Assembly: GCA_965644315.1 (NCBI GenBank)
Contig: CBFFRQ010000026.1
Span: 7,103 to 71,102 of the forward strand
DNA length: 64,000 bases
DNA from: Caecitellus pseudoparvulus
Lineage: Eukaryota; Protista; Bigyra: Bicosoecida
Direction: 5' to 3'
The notes under the pieces were generated by a model. It was not told the DNA's origin. It was given only the letters and a program-made list of their open reading frames with translations, and made no database searches. Shown piece by piece: positions 19,101 through 31,364 of the stretch (positions within the stretch are counted from its first letter, which is position 1; each line of letters starts with the position of its first letter). The translations under genes were made by a program, and so were the position numbers.

Positions 19101-22100
19101 TGACCTCCGGCGTGTAGTGCGGGTTGGCCATCTTGGTGGTGAGGTAGAAGCGGAAGTCGTCCGAGTAGTCCAGCTCCTTGTCCCCCACCTTGATGGTCTT
19201 GCGCACGCCCCGGGTGATGATGGACTTCGCCAGCACCGGCTCCAGGGCGGGGTCCAGGTCCACCTCCACGTCCTGCAGCAGGTACGGCGTGCCGTACACG
19301 ATGCTCTTTTCCAGCAGCTGCAGGAAGTTCTTGCTCTTCAGGTCCGTCACCTTCAGGCCGCGGTCGCCCTCCATGTTCTTGATCCACTTGTTGGCCTGGC
19401 CCTGGGGGTCCACCATGAGCGGCCACCGGCGCCCCCGCGTGACGATGACGCCGTTCTCTGTGGAAAAGGTGTCGGCCGGCAGGCCCTGGATCTTCCACGC
19501 CTGCACGTCCGTGGGGCGCGCCAGGAAGGTGGAGAAGTCGAAGTGGGGGGAGCCGGGGATGGAGTTCTCCACCACCGCCGCCGCCCACCCCGCCACCATG
19601 CGCTCACGGTACACCGTGTCGAAGGGCCCCGCGTACGAGGTGAAGGCGGCCGCCAGCAAGACGTCCCCCGGCAGGGAGGACATGTTGCCCTCGAAGCCAG
19701 CGATGGCGGCCTCCCACCGCTCCTTCTCGCCCGCCAGGCCGTCCACGAGGGCCGTGGCGCGGTCCAGACTGGCGGTCAGCCGCGCCTCCTTCTCCTTCAG
19801 GGAGTTGCGCTTGCTCTCCGCCTCCTCGTGCTGCGTATTGAGGGCGGCGAGGGCGTCGGTGACGGCCTTCAGCGTGGCCTCCGCCTCTGCCAGCATGGCC
19901 TCCTTCTTGCGCAGGGTGGCCATGGCGTCGGCGGCGGCGCGGCGCTTGGGCTCTACCTCTGCGAAGGTGTCGGCGAAGGTGTCGATGGCGATGACCCAGG
20001 TGCACAGGGCGGCAGCCGCGCGGGACTGGCCCTGCACGACCTCTGGCACGAAGGAGGGGTCGGCGATGAACACCTTGACCTTCTTGTGGATCTTGGCCTT
20101 CAGGTGCTCCTTGTCGAAGGTCTTGATCTGGGACAGGAAGTCCGCCTCGGACAGCTTCTTCTTGGCGTGGGCCCAGTCCGTGGGCAGCCCGAACAGCGTC
20201 TGCACCGCGGCCATCACGCGCTCCACCATGAGGGGGGGGTTGGTGTACCGCTTCACCTCCGCGACGTCGCCGCCCGACAGCTCGTCCACCTTGCGCATGG
20301 CCAGTTCCAGCTTGGGCATGGCCTCGTTCAGGTCCGCCTCCGCCTCCTCTGCGATGGAGGTGGCGATGGTGGCTTCGTGGGAGATGCGCTCCCGCTCCGC
20401 CTCCACCTCGGCCGCCTTGTCGTCTGCCACGCGCTTGTCCTGCACGATGCGCAGCAGCAGCTTGTCGCAGTCGGCAGACGCCTCCGCCACGGCGTCCTTC
20501 GTCACGTTCAGCTCCACAGACTTCTCCGCCACTTCCTCCCGCGCCGCGTCCAGCTTGGCCAGGCCTGACGCCAGCTTGTCCCGCTGTGCGCCCAGCGCGG
20601 CACGCTTCTCAGCCAGCAGCTCCCGGTACCCCTTCACCAGCTCCAGGTAGTTCGTGGGCGTGACGTAGTTGTACCGCTTCAGCTCCAGTTCCATGCGCGC
20701 AGATGCCGTTACGACGCTGCTGTGCACTGTGGCGAAGGTCTGTGCCACGGCGCTGCGCATGGACGCCTCGGCAGCACCCGCTTTGTCCCCTGCGCCCGAA
20801 GCGGCGGCGGCGGCGTCTGCGCTGCCCTCTGCCTTGGTCAGGCTGACGTTCTCCAGGAAGCGCTCGGCGACTTCTGTGAGGGCGGCCTCTGGCCACTTGT
20901 GGAACCAGTCCATGGTGGTGCTGGAGACCAGGGAGGGGTATTGCCGCGTGCGGTCCCGGAAGCCGTCGCCGACGGGGGACATGGCCAGCACCACGTGCAG
21001 GTTGGCCCGGACCCGGGCGATGAACCACCGCCACAGCTGGTCGGGGACATCCTCCACCTCCTCCCGGTCGGGGGCGTCTTTCAACGCCTCCCGGATGCTG
21101 TCCAGGAGGGCCCCCATCTCGTCCGCCAGGTACAGGTTGGGCACCTCCCCTGACGAGAGGATGTTGTTGATGTCCTCCAGGAAGCTCTCCTCCTTCAGCT
21201 GGGTGTCGGAGAACAGGAACACGGTGGGCTTGTTTTCCAGGCCCGCCTTGGCGTACAGCGCCTTGAGGTCCTCCCGGAAGTTCGCCATGCCGTACTGCTT
21301 CGTGATCTCGATGCTGAAGACGGCCATCTCCCCGGCGGCGTAGGCAGCCAAGCGCGTGAGGCTCTGGCGGCCGCTGCCCCCCACGCCGATGAGCAGGGCG
21401 TTGCCACGGGGCGTCGTCACGATGCGGTGGATGCGCAGGACGTGCCGGAGGGCGTCCCGGAACAGCACCAGCTCCATGGGCAGGCGCCGGGCGTCTTCGT
21501 TGTACTCCCACAGCGCCTCCTCCAGGTGCCGCCGCACGGCGTCCACATCCGTCACCTCCGTGTACACCTCGCCCTCCGTCAGGACGTCCGTGACGATGGG
21601 CCCCGCAGCGGGGTCCTCACACACCTCCATGAGCTGCTCGTAGTACACGCCGAACACCTTGCTGAGCTGGGCGTCCAGGGTGGCGCGGAAGCGCTCCTGG
21701 TCGGCCGTGTTCGTGAAGCGGTCTGCGAACACGCGCAGGCACTCGTGCACCCACACCCGCTGCATCTTGTCGGCGGCGTCGGTCTTGGCGGGGTCCGCCC
21801 GGATGACGCCCTGCACGACCTTGCTCACGTCCCGCATGTTGAAGAGGTAGTGCGCCTTGGTGGGCGTGGGCAGGAAGGCGCCGAGCACGGAGTGGTACAC
21901 CGCCACCGTCGCCGCGACGAGGTTGCCCCCCATGCTGCGCACTTCATCCTCGAAGTCTGCCAGGCCAGGCGTGATGAGGGCGTCGAAGATGCCCCGCATG
22001 CCCTTCTCCGACGGCGGCGTGAAGTGCAGCATGTGGAAGCGGGACTGGAAGCGGTCCGAGATGGGCATGCGGCCGCCGCCGGGTGGGCCCATGGCCGCCA

Positions 22101-25100
22101 CCATCTGCATGTCCAGGATGTACCGCCAGCTCTGCTTGGCGCGGTCGTACCAGCCGCCGTAGTCCATCCACTGCCGCAGCAGCTCCAGGGGCGGCTGGGA
22201 CCCGAAGGCGTCCTTGCGGGGCATGTTCAGGTCGTCCACGAACGCCAGCATCTTGCGGCCGCCGGGTGGGCCCATCTTGTCCTTGGCGCGCTTCTCCATG
22301 CCGCCCTCCACGATGCTCTGCACGATGTTGGAGGTGGTGGCGGCAGAGAAATTCAGCACCAGGTGGCTGTACTGCTCGCGGGGCAGCCCATCCATGAGGG
22401 TGGACACCAGGGCGGTCTTGCCGGTGCCCGTGCCACCCACCAGCAGCGCGGCGCGCTCGGCAGTCACCAGCTGCTTCAGGACGAACCCCAGCCGCGTCGT
22501 GTCCACCGTCGGCACGATGAGCTTGGCGTAGGGCGTGCCTGGGGTGTACCGCAGGGGCGCCACGCGGTCCGTCCAGGGGCGGAAGTCCCGGGAGGTGGGG
22601 TCCAGGTAGTAGTCATACACGCTGCCGACGGCGGGGAACATCGGCTCCACCTCTCGCAGGGTGTCGTTCACGGTGCGGCGCCCGCCCTCGTCGGCGGCGC
22701 CGCCGACAGTCCAGGTGAGGGCAAAGGCGAACCACTTCTCAGCGTAGGCGGGCCAGGCATCCCCGGCATGGGCCCGGGAGAAGCCGAACTCCTCTGCCTC
22801 GGCGATGGCCTCCAGGAAGTTGGCAAAGGCGATGATGGTGCTGAACTCCGAGGCAGGCACGAGCTCCGTGAGGGCGCCGGAGCTGCGCGCCGCCTGCAGG
22901 GGGGGCAGGTACTTCGCAAAGAGCGCCGCGAAGAGCTCCCTGTCGTCGCCCTCCCGCCCGAACATGCGGTTGAGCCAGGACTCGATGAAGGGCTGGGAGC
23001 CCAGGTCCACGACGTCCAGGTACACCATGCCGGCGCGGGAGACGGTGGCGGGGGAGGCCACCGCCAGGTCCCGCACCTCGAAGAGCAGGGACATGGAGGC
23101 GGACATGGAGATGCGGTCGCCGTTGATGAGGGTGAGGGTCTTGTTGTCGTCCATGACGGTGTTCATGCTCTCGATCCACAGAGTGTCCACGGGGCCGTCC
23201 AGCACCAGCCACTTCTCGTCGGGGCGGTCGTCCCGCGCGAACTCCCGGAACAGGTTGCTGAGGATGCCGTCCGTCCACTCCTGCGTGGCCAGGTCGTACG
23301 CGCCGTACAGCTCGTTGAGGGAGATGGACTTGGGGTTGATGACGCGGGACTGCACGCGGTTGAAGCCCTCCACGCCGTCGGTGGCCAGGGCGGTGAAGGC
23401 GTCGGCCAACGTGCGCCAGGTGGTGCTCTTGCCGGACAGCGTCAGGCCCACCAGCATGTTGCAGTGGCGTGTGGACTTGGAGTCCCGCAGCTCGATGCAC
23501 TTCTTCATGATGGCCGGGTGCGCCTGCAGGCCGTGCTGGCTCAGGCTGTCCTTCAGCGCGACGGCCAGGGCGCCCGGGTCGTACTCAGGCAGCACCAGGT
23601 TCTGGAACAGGTCCGACAGCAGCAGCATGAAGAGCTCCTTGTCGGCCTTGATGAACTTAGGCACGTTCATGTCCCGAATGGCCTGCAGGGCAATGGAGAA
23701 CTCGTCCCGCTCGGGCGCCGAGCGCTTGAGGGCGCCGGCCGCCACCAGCACTCCGCGCAGGGACCGCAGGCCAAAGTCGTAGTGGTCCTGCTTGCTCAGC
23801 TGCTGCGTCATGAGGCTGTACAGGGTGGTGGTCTTCTCTGCCAGGATGCCGGACTTGGTGAAGCCCTCCGACTGCAGCATGACCTCTGCGATGAGGGCGA
23901 GGTCGGGCACCATCATGGCCACGGGGCGGAAGAGGGACTTCAAGTTGTCGGGCAGCTCTGTGCGCCCCGCGTACCCCGGGTTCATAGTGATGAAGATGCC
24001 GCACTCGGGGCGCACCTGGATGACCTCCCCCATGAACTCCAGCGCCGCCTCCTGCCCGCCCGTCAGCTCGTACCGCGTGACGGCGTCCATGATGGACATG
24101 ACCTGCTGCGCGACGACGGACAGCACTTCGATGTCGATGCGGTTGAACTCGTCGAAGCAGCCCCAGCCGCCCGACTGCACGAGGCCGGAGAACATGCGCC
24201 CAACAGACTTGTAGTCCAGGCCGTCGGAGCAGTTGAACACGACGACGAACTTGGCCAGGTTCTTGCCCAGGTCCTTGACAGTCTCGGTCTTCCCCGTGCC
24301 AGCGGGGCCGGCGGGGGCGCCGCCGCGGTGCAGGGCCAGGGCGGTGGTGAGGGTCAGCACACACCGGTCCGTGAGGGGCGTCACGACCAGACGGCCGTTG
24401 TTGCCCTGGTACTCGTACCCGAACTTCAAGTCGGCGTTGGTCTGCTGCGCGCGGCAGATGCCGTACTTGGCGTCGGGGTGGTCGGGCGGCACCTCCTCCG
24501 ACTTGCTGTACACCAGGCGCAGCTGGGAGATCCACAGGAAGTCGTCCACGGAGCGCACCTTGGCGCGGCGCAGGCGGTCCATGACGTCGCGGGAGTGCAG
24601 CTCCATGGTGATGAGGGCGACGATCTTCTTGCGCACGACGGGGTTCAGGTGCTGCCGCACGATGGAGGCCAGCAGCGTCAAGTACTTGTGCTGGGAGTGC
24701 ACGAGGCGGCGAAGGGCCTTGGCGTTGCCGGCGCCCGCCGCCTGCAGCTGCGTGATGCAGTTGCGCGTGAAGAAGACAATGCCGGTGGTGATGAGGAGCT
24801 GCCCGGGGTAGTCCCGGATCCAGCCCAGGATGGAGCGCTCCCGCTCCGCCGCCGACACGCTGACGGCGTCCTTGTACGCGTAGATGGTCTGGCACAGCGC
24901 CTGCTGCAGCGTCACACGCATCATGGCCTCCACGGCGTTCATCCAGTGCTCCACGGCGCCCTCCAGCGGCACGGCACTCTCCAGGGGCACAACCTCGCCA
25001 TCAGGCGCAGACATGGCAGTGGCTTCGTGGTGGCGGTTGGAGCGCATGTCGTTCTTGCCGGGGTCCACGAGGGTGAGGGCCTTGATGCCCATGAAGCACT

Positions 25101-28100
25101 TGATCATGTGCTTCTGCACGGCGTGGGGGTCCTTGGCCTGCCCCAGGATCTCCAGCAGGTCTGCGTCGGAGACGAAGTAGAAGCGGGGGAAGGCCTGCCG
25201 CTTGCTCTCCAGGTACCGGTTGAGTTTCTTCTGGATGCTCTCCAGGGTGTCGTTCATGGAGTTGAGGAGGGGCAGGACGCCCTCCCGCCCACAGGCCCGC
25301 ACAGCGTTGGGGTCCTCCACCATGCCCGTGGTGAGGGCGATGTACTGCTCGTTCACGGCGTCGAAGGCGGCCGCCTCCGCCGCCATCTGCTTGCGGATGT
25401 CCTCCGCCCCCACGAAGATGCTCTCCAGGTACACCCACTGCCGCTGCACGGCCAGCTGCAGGTCCACCACCTCCGAAACCGTGGACAAGGTGGCCTCCCA
25501 GTGGTTGATCTTGTCCCGGAAGGCGCCGTAGTACTTGGAGGACTTCATGGAGGAGAGGTCCACGAGGTGCTCCTCCAGCGCCCCGAACAGGTCCTCCGTG
25601 CCGGAGATCTTGTAGTACGTGTCCTTGTACACGCCCATGTCCAGGTCCAGGTCCGCCCACGTGGCCTCGATGGCCTCCAGCGCCCGCTCGAAGCTGAGCT
25701 CCTTGGTGGCGTTGGCGGCCATCTCCTGGATGAACGCCTCGTGGTTGTGCAGGCCCATGGAGAAGATGGTGTCCAGGGTGAAGCCCGCAGACGTCTCGTC
25801 GAAGGTGATGGGCGGCGCCTTGCTGCTGCGCCGCTTGTTCAGCTCCTCCTTCAGGGCGGTCCAGTGCCGGGGGCGCATGGCCTCCGACCCCAGCGCCTCC
25901 ACCAGGGGCATCGTGGACAGGAACTCCCGCACGCGCTTGTCCAGGGTGCCCCACACGCTCCACCCCGCCAGCTCCCGCATCTTCGTCACGCGGGTCTTGA
26001 AGCTGGCTGCTGCGGCTGACAGCTCCTCAGGGTCCAGGTCCGCGAACCGCCCCGCCTTCCACCCGCCCCACGCCGCCTCCCACTCCTCGAACAGGGCCCA
26101 GATGGTGGCCAGCTTCTCCAGGTCCGCCTCCGTGTCCAGCAGCTCCTGGGGCGTGGAGTAGGGGATGTCGAAGACCTTGATGCCGGGCGCCAGGGACGCC
26201 TCCCGAGCCCGCACGCTGGCCACGCGCTCGCCCCACTCCTCCAGCGTCGTCAGGGCCGCCGCCACGCTGCGCTTGCCGTCGTACGGCAGGTCCCGCTTGG
26301 CTTCCTTCTGCAGGGACACGACGGTGGAGGTGAAGGACGCCATCTGCTCCGACAGGTCCTTGCGCAGGTTGGCCTTGGCAGCCTTCAGCTTGTCCGCCAC
26401 AGACGGCAGGCGGTCCACGAACTCCGCCCACTGCCCGTCCAGCTCCCCCAGCGCCGCCGCATGCTCCTCCCCCACGCGCTCGTTGTACCGCTCCAGCATG
26501 TCGAACATCTGGTGCAGGGGGGGCAGCCGCGCCGCCTGCACCGGCACGTCCGCCACCACCTGCGCATGTCGCTCCACTTGTGCGTGCAGGGCGGCGAGGT
26601 CTGTGGCTTCAGCCCGGAACACCTCCGTGTTCTCGGCGATGTACCCCTGCAGGGCCCGCAGCTCGCGCAGGGCGTTCTGCTTCAGCAGGTTGCAGTAGCC
26701 GGCCTGGAACTCGTCACAGTGCCGAATGAGCGTGTCCTTGATGAGTTTGTGGTCCACCTGCACGAAGTAAATGTGCCGACTGGCCGCTTCGTGGGTGCGG
26801 ATCTCCTCGGCCAGCAGGCGGTAGGACTGGATGTGGTTTTCGTAGTTGCTGAGGGGGTTGGCCTTCTTGGCGAAGCGGGAGAACGTGCTCTCCTTGTCCT
26901 TGTCCCACAGGCTGCGGTACTTGTCGTTCTCAAACGTCTGCTTGTGGCGCTGCAGCTCCTTGGACGAGTGCTCGTTCAGGGCGGACATGATGGCAGTCAG
27001 CATCGTCAGCACGTCCTCGTCAGCTGACACCATGTGGAAGAACGTCAACTTGCCACTGCCAGCGGACGGCAGCATGGCAGTGGGGGCGGCGCTGCCGCTG
27101 CCACTTGCGGCAGCCTCCTTCCCTTCGGGGATGCCGCCGGCTTCGGCAGCCTCCCCGGGGCCACCGGGCGCGTAATACGCAGCGGGGCCCCCCGGCGGCA
27201 GCGCCGGCGGACGCCCCCGCAGCGTCGCCCGCCACGGCTCTGCCTCCAGCCGCTGGACGAGGGCCTCTGTGGCCCAGTACTGCCCCACCATAGTGGCGGG
27301 CAACACCTCCTCCACGCGCTTCACGACGCCGATGCAGGTGATGAGGTCCTTGGCCACGCCGTACACCATGTGGATGAGCTGGAACACCGTGGGGCGGTAC
27401 TCCACGTGGTCCCCATCCAGAACAAGGTACAGACGGAACAGCGGCGCCAGCTCCGTCTCGCCCTTGGCAGCCTGGGCATCCCCCTTGATGGCACGCTGCA
27501 GCTGCAGCACCGACGCCTTGACGCTGTGGCGCAGTGCGTCGTACACCGCCGCGTCCACACCCTGCACGTACTCCAGCCACGCCCGCTGCACGTCGGGCGG
27601 GTCGTCCTGGAAGAACCGGTACATGCGGCGCAGGGTGGCCACCATGGACTCGTGCGCCTGCCGCAGGGTGTCCTTGGCAGCCAGGCGGTGCTGGGCTTGG
27701 CGGCGCTCGAAGACACCCTCCTCGTGCACCTTGTTCTTTTCGATGTGGATGAGGCTCAGGCCGCGCATGGTGTGGATGGCGGCGCGCACGTCCCCCTTGC
27801 TGGCGTGGAAGCTGTCCACCACCAGGCGCAGCGCGGCACAGTTGCGCCGGCACCCCCGCAGGAAGTACTCCCGCTGCCCGGGGGACGTGGACCACTGCAT
27901 GTTGGTGAGCCCTTTGGCCACACGGCGGTCCAGCTGGTGCAGCATGTGCGCGAACAGCGCGCGCTCGTCGGATGTGAGGCTGCGCAGGATGCCGTTGTAC
28001 TCCCGCACCACCGTCATGACCATATCCCGCAGCACACGCAGGGACTCTGCCAGGCTGTTCGACAGGTCCGACGCCCAGAACGGCACGAGGAACTTGCCCT

Positions 28101-30429
28101 GGAACTTGTCCCAGTAGTGCACCTCCTGCAGCAGCTCCAGCAGCTCCGGGTCGAAGTTCACCTCCAGCAGGCCACTGGCCTTACGGGCCACGACACGGGC
28201 TGGGCGGTACACCTCCCCCCCCTCCATGCCCTCCGCGCCGCCGCCGCGCCCCCCCGCGCCCGTCGCACTGGCCTCCTCGTCTGCCAGCACGTCCTCCTCC
28301 GCCACCCGCCGCATGAGGGGCAGGCCCAGGCGTTTGGACAGGGCGGCCTGCTCGGCACTCTGCAGCGGCCCCACGAACCGCAGGAAGAGCTTGTGAATGT
28401 GGTCGTCGTACGCCGTCATGTGCTCGTCAAAGGTGCGCCCGGCAGCCTCCACCACCAGCGGCGGCTTCACGAAGTGGCACCGGCACAGCATCTCCCAGTC
28501 CCGCTCCACGCGCGCCTGCAGTCCCCGCGTCCACAGCGCTGCGCCAGCACACGGCGGCTCGCCGGGGGTCAGCGGCGGGGCGTCCCAGTGCGCCTCGAAG
28601 TGGCTCTTCGTGTCCATCATCTGCGTCATGAACATGCTGTACACGTCTGCAGCCGCCTTCTCCACGGCCTTCTTCACGGAGGGCCGCTTGGCCAGGCTGG
28701 AGAAGGCCTCCAGTAACTCCGCACATGCGGGGATGGACGTCACGCCGTCAAACGCCAGCGTGATGACGTTGCCCATCATGGCCTCCAGGTCCCGCACAGC
28801 GGGCTTGAAGATGTTGTTCACGTCGTGCCAGCGCGTGCCGCGGATCTTCAGCACCTCCCCCTTCACCCGTGCGAGCATGGACAAGTACTTGCCAAATTCC
28901 GCTTGAATCGTCGTCAGCGACGTGACGATTTCGGGCCCCCGCGAGCCGCCAAACACCGGCAGCGGCAACGGCTCGCCCCCTGGCCCACACTTGCGTGCGA
29001 ACTGCTGCTGCGCCAGGCACACCTCCTGCAGGTCGTGGCAGCGCAGTTGAAAGGAGTTCACCTGCGCAAAGATCTCCCGCTCGTCAAAGTCCCACAGCGC
29101 GCAGCCGCGGCGGTCAGCTGGAATCGCCGCGATGGCGCCCGCAGCCGACGCGTACACGCCCTTCCACGCGTCAATGGCAGCGACACACTCTGCCAGGTGC
29201 CCCTGCACCCGCGGCACGTCCCCCACGAACACGTCGTCCAGGGAGATGTGTGCACGGCAACGCGCCATGACGGCGTTGGACACCTTGCGCAGGAGCGTCT
29301 TGATCTGCCCCGGGCTGCGGTAGTGCTTGGACACCGTCGCCATGACGCGGATGCGTGCCAGTAGCGGCTTCAGCAGCCCAGGCAGCTCCGGCGGCGTCGC
29401 TGCGTCGATGTCCGTGCACAGCGGCGTGAGCAGCTCCAGGAAGCGCAGGTTGTCGGCGGCCTCGTCCGCGTAGCTCTGAATCTTGTCCGCCACCTCGTGG
29501 TAGTTGGCCACCCACGACTGCGTGTCGGCTGCCGACACGGCCTGCACGATGGCCTGCACGCCCGGCCGCTTCAGCTGCTCGGAGATGCCGGACAAGTCCA
29601 CCACACGCCGGCGCCAGAACTCAATTTCCGCAAGCGGCCCCGCGTTCTCCATCGTGCTGCCGCCGCCCTCCTGCGTGGACAGCACCGCCTTGATCTGCCG
29701 CGTCCAGTGAATGAGTGTCTGGTTCAGCTGTTTGGCCACCTCCTTCCGCCCAGCGGGCGTGTCGGCTGTCAGGCTCACGTCAGGCAGGTACAGCACCGTC
29801 TGGCCCCGCGCCTGAAACGCCGTCTCCGTCAGCGCAGCCATGAAGCGCTGCGTTTCGCCGTCGAATTCACGGGCGATGCCCTCTGGCCACGCAGTCTGCG
29901 ACTTGAGCAGCGGCATGTACACCCGCCCCACCACCTTGTGCAGGGCGTCCATGGAGCCGTTGTTCACGCGCCCGAACTGCACGGCGGTGTGCACGCTCTC
30001 CCGCGTCACCGGCTCGCTGTCTGCCCGCACGAAGTACATGAAGTGCCGCGGGGACACCTCCAGCCGCATGAACGGCGTCAGGAACGCCAGCTGCCCGTCC
30101 TGGCTCATGTACGCAATCAGCTTCAGCGTGTCGCGGCTCTGCAGGAACTGCGCTGCCACCTCTGCATGCTCGGGACGCCAGTGCAGCTCCTCCCGATACC
30201 CTTTCAGCCGCAGGCGCGCCTTCAGCCACTCCACCAGCTCCCTGCGACACGCCGGTGTATGCGTGCAACCTTGGCAGGAAACGCCCTCCCACACGTGCGC
30301 CTGCACTCACCGCGCTTCGCTGTCCAGAACAGCACCTGGGCGCCCAAGCGCCGTGTCCAGTCGTCCAGACCCCATTCCACCCCCACCAGTGGACGGAGAC
30401 AGGCTCCCCGCGCTGGATCCTGACGCCAT
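16198..30429 (-). CDS. DNAH2: Axonemal inner-arm I1/f dynein heavy chain beta (DNAH2/DHC10 type), about 4720 aa
   Basis: Exon 1 30429-30311, intron 30310-30242 (GTGAGT...CAG), then a single 14-kb exon. P-loops are GPAGTGKT, GLTLSGKS, GGTGTGKT and GVGGSGRQ; CFDEFNRI is present. The long N-terminal tail and the C-terminus CPLYYYPIRTGTRERPSFM...WTLRGTALLLSL are typical of DHC10/DNAH2. Confidence 0.92.
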
Positions 30430-30556
30430 GGTGTGTTGTGCAATTTCCGCAACCAAGCCGTTTGCCTGCGCAGTGCCCCGGGGGCACGGTTTGCACAGTT
30501 CCGCAGCCCAGTCTGCGGAGGAGCAAGAATTCAGAGCAACAGTGTGCCCTGTTTGT

Positions 30557-30567
30557 GATTGGATTTG
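30557..30567. promoter_or_regulatory. CCAAT-box-containing 11-mer GATTGGATTTG upstream of dynein
   Basis: An identical 11-mer lies at 41201-41211 in the DHODH/UBX divergent intergenic region. Confidence 0.35.
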
Positions 30568-31364
30568 AGCACGCGTCTCAATGGTGTCCGGCTCCGCTCG
30601 ACCGGGTGTCTGGCTCGAGGCGGGGGGGGCATCCCCCTCCAGAGCCTCGGACGCTGCACCAGCTGCTGCGGCTGCTGCCGTCGCCTTGGGGGAAGCTGCT
30701 TGCGGAGAGCGGTCGACACCACCTGGGCGCCCTTGAGGGCGACCTCTGCGCCGCCCACCAGCTCGAGACGCGTGGCGGGATGTGCCTGTCGCATCGGAGG
30801 TGAGCGGTGCAGCATTGCACACTCGCGGCCTTGTTCCGGCTGTCTGTGAACGTTCCCGGCTACGAAATGCCCAGAGTGGCCATCCTGCAGTTCATGACCT
30901 TGTCTGGGACTGTCAAGTTGGGCAGTGAGCCCGTCCGCATCACCGCGGTCCCCGCACCCCTCCTCCCTCCAACGTCAGTCAGCCCCCCTCAAACAGTTCG
31001 CGACACTCTGCGCTCTGCCACAATCCACACGCCGCGTACATGGTCCGAGCCAATCATGTCAACGCACGCGCACCAACGTCTGTGTTTCCGGTTCTCCTCT
31101 GCGTCTGACTCCTCTTGCGGCGCACAGTGCGTGTTTGCGTCGTGTCTTGACGACTAGCCAATTACCGCAAGTCAAATCTTACACGAGCTGTGGATCGCGA
31201 GCCAGCCGCCATTCGCCCTTATAATACAGCCAAATCGGCTCTTCAACACTCAAAGTAATAGTGAGTGCAGTTCTGTGGCGTGGTGTGGTGCCGCTCGCGT
31301 GCGCTCGAGCCTGCGTTGTCGCGCGCAAACGACACAAGCACGGTCTTCGCATTGACTCACAGGT

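Noticed and set aside
21427-26019. 1530-aa + strand ORF and other long ORFs opposite dynein (e.g. 18481-20568, 27034-28716)
   Set aside because: Exact-register antisense shadows caused by very high GC3; the translations have no protein-like motifs.
30530-31260. Short ORFs between dynein and the CR-NTPase
   Set aside because: No consistent codon bias or motifs; treated as promoter/5' UTR or decayed sequence.
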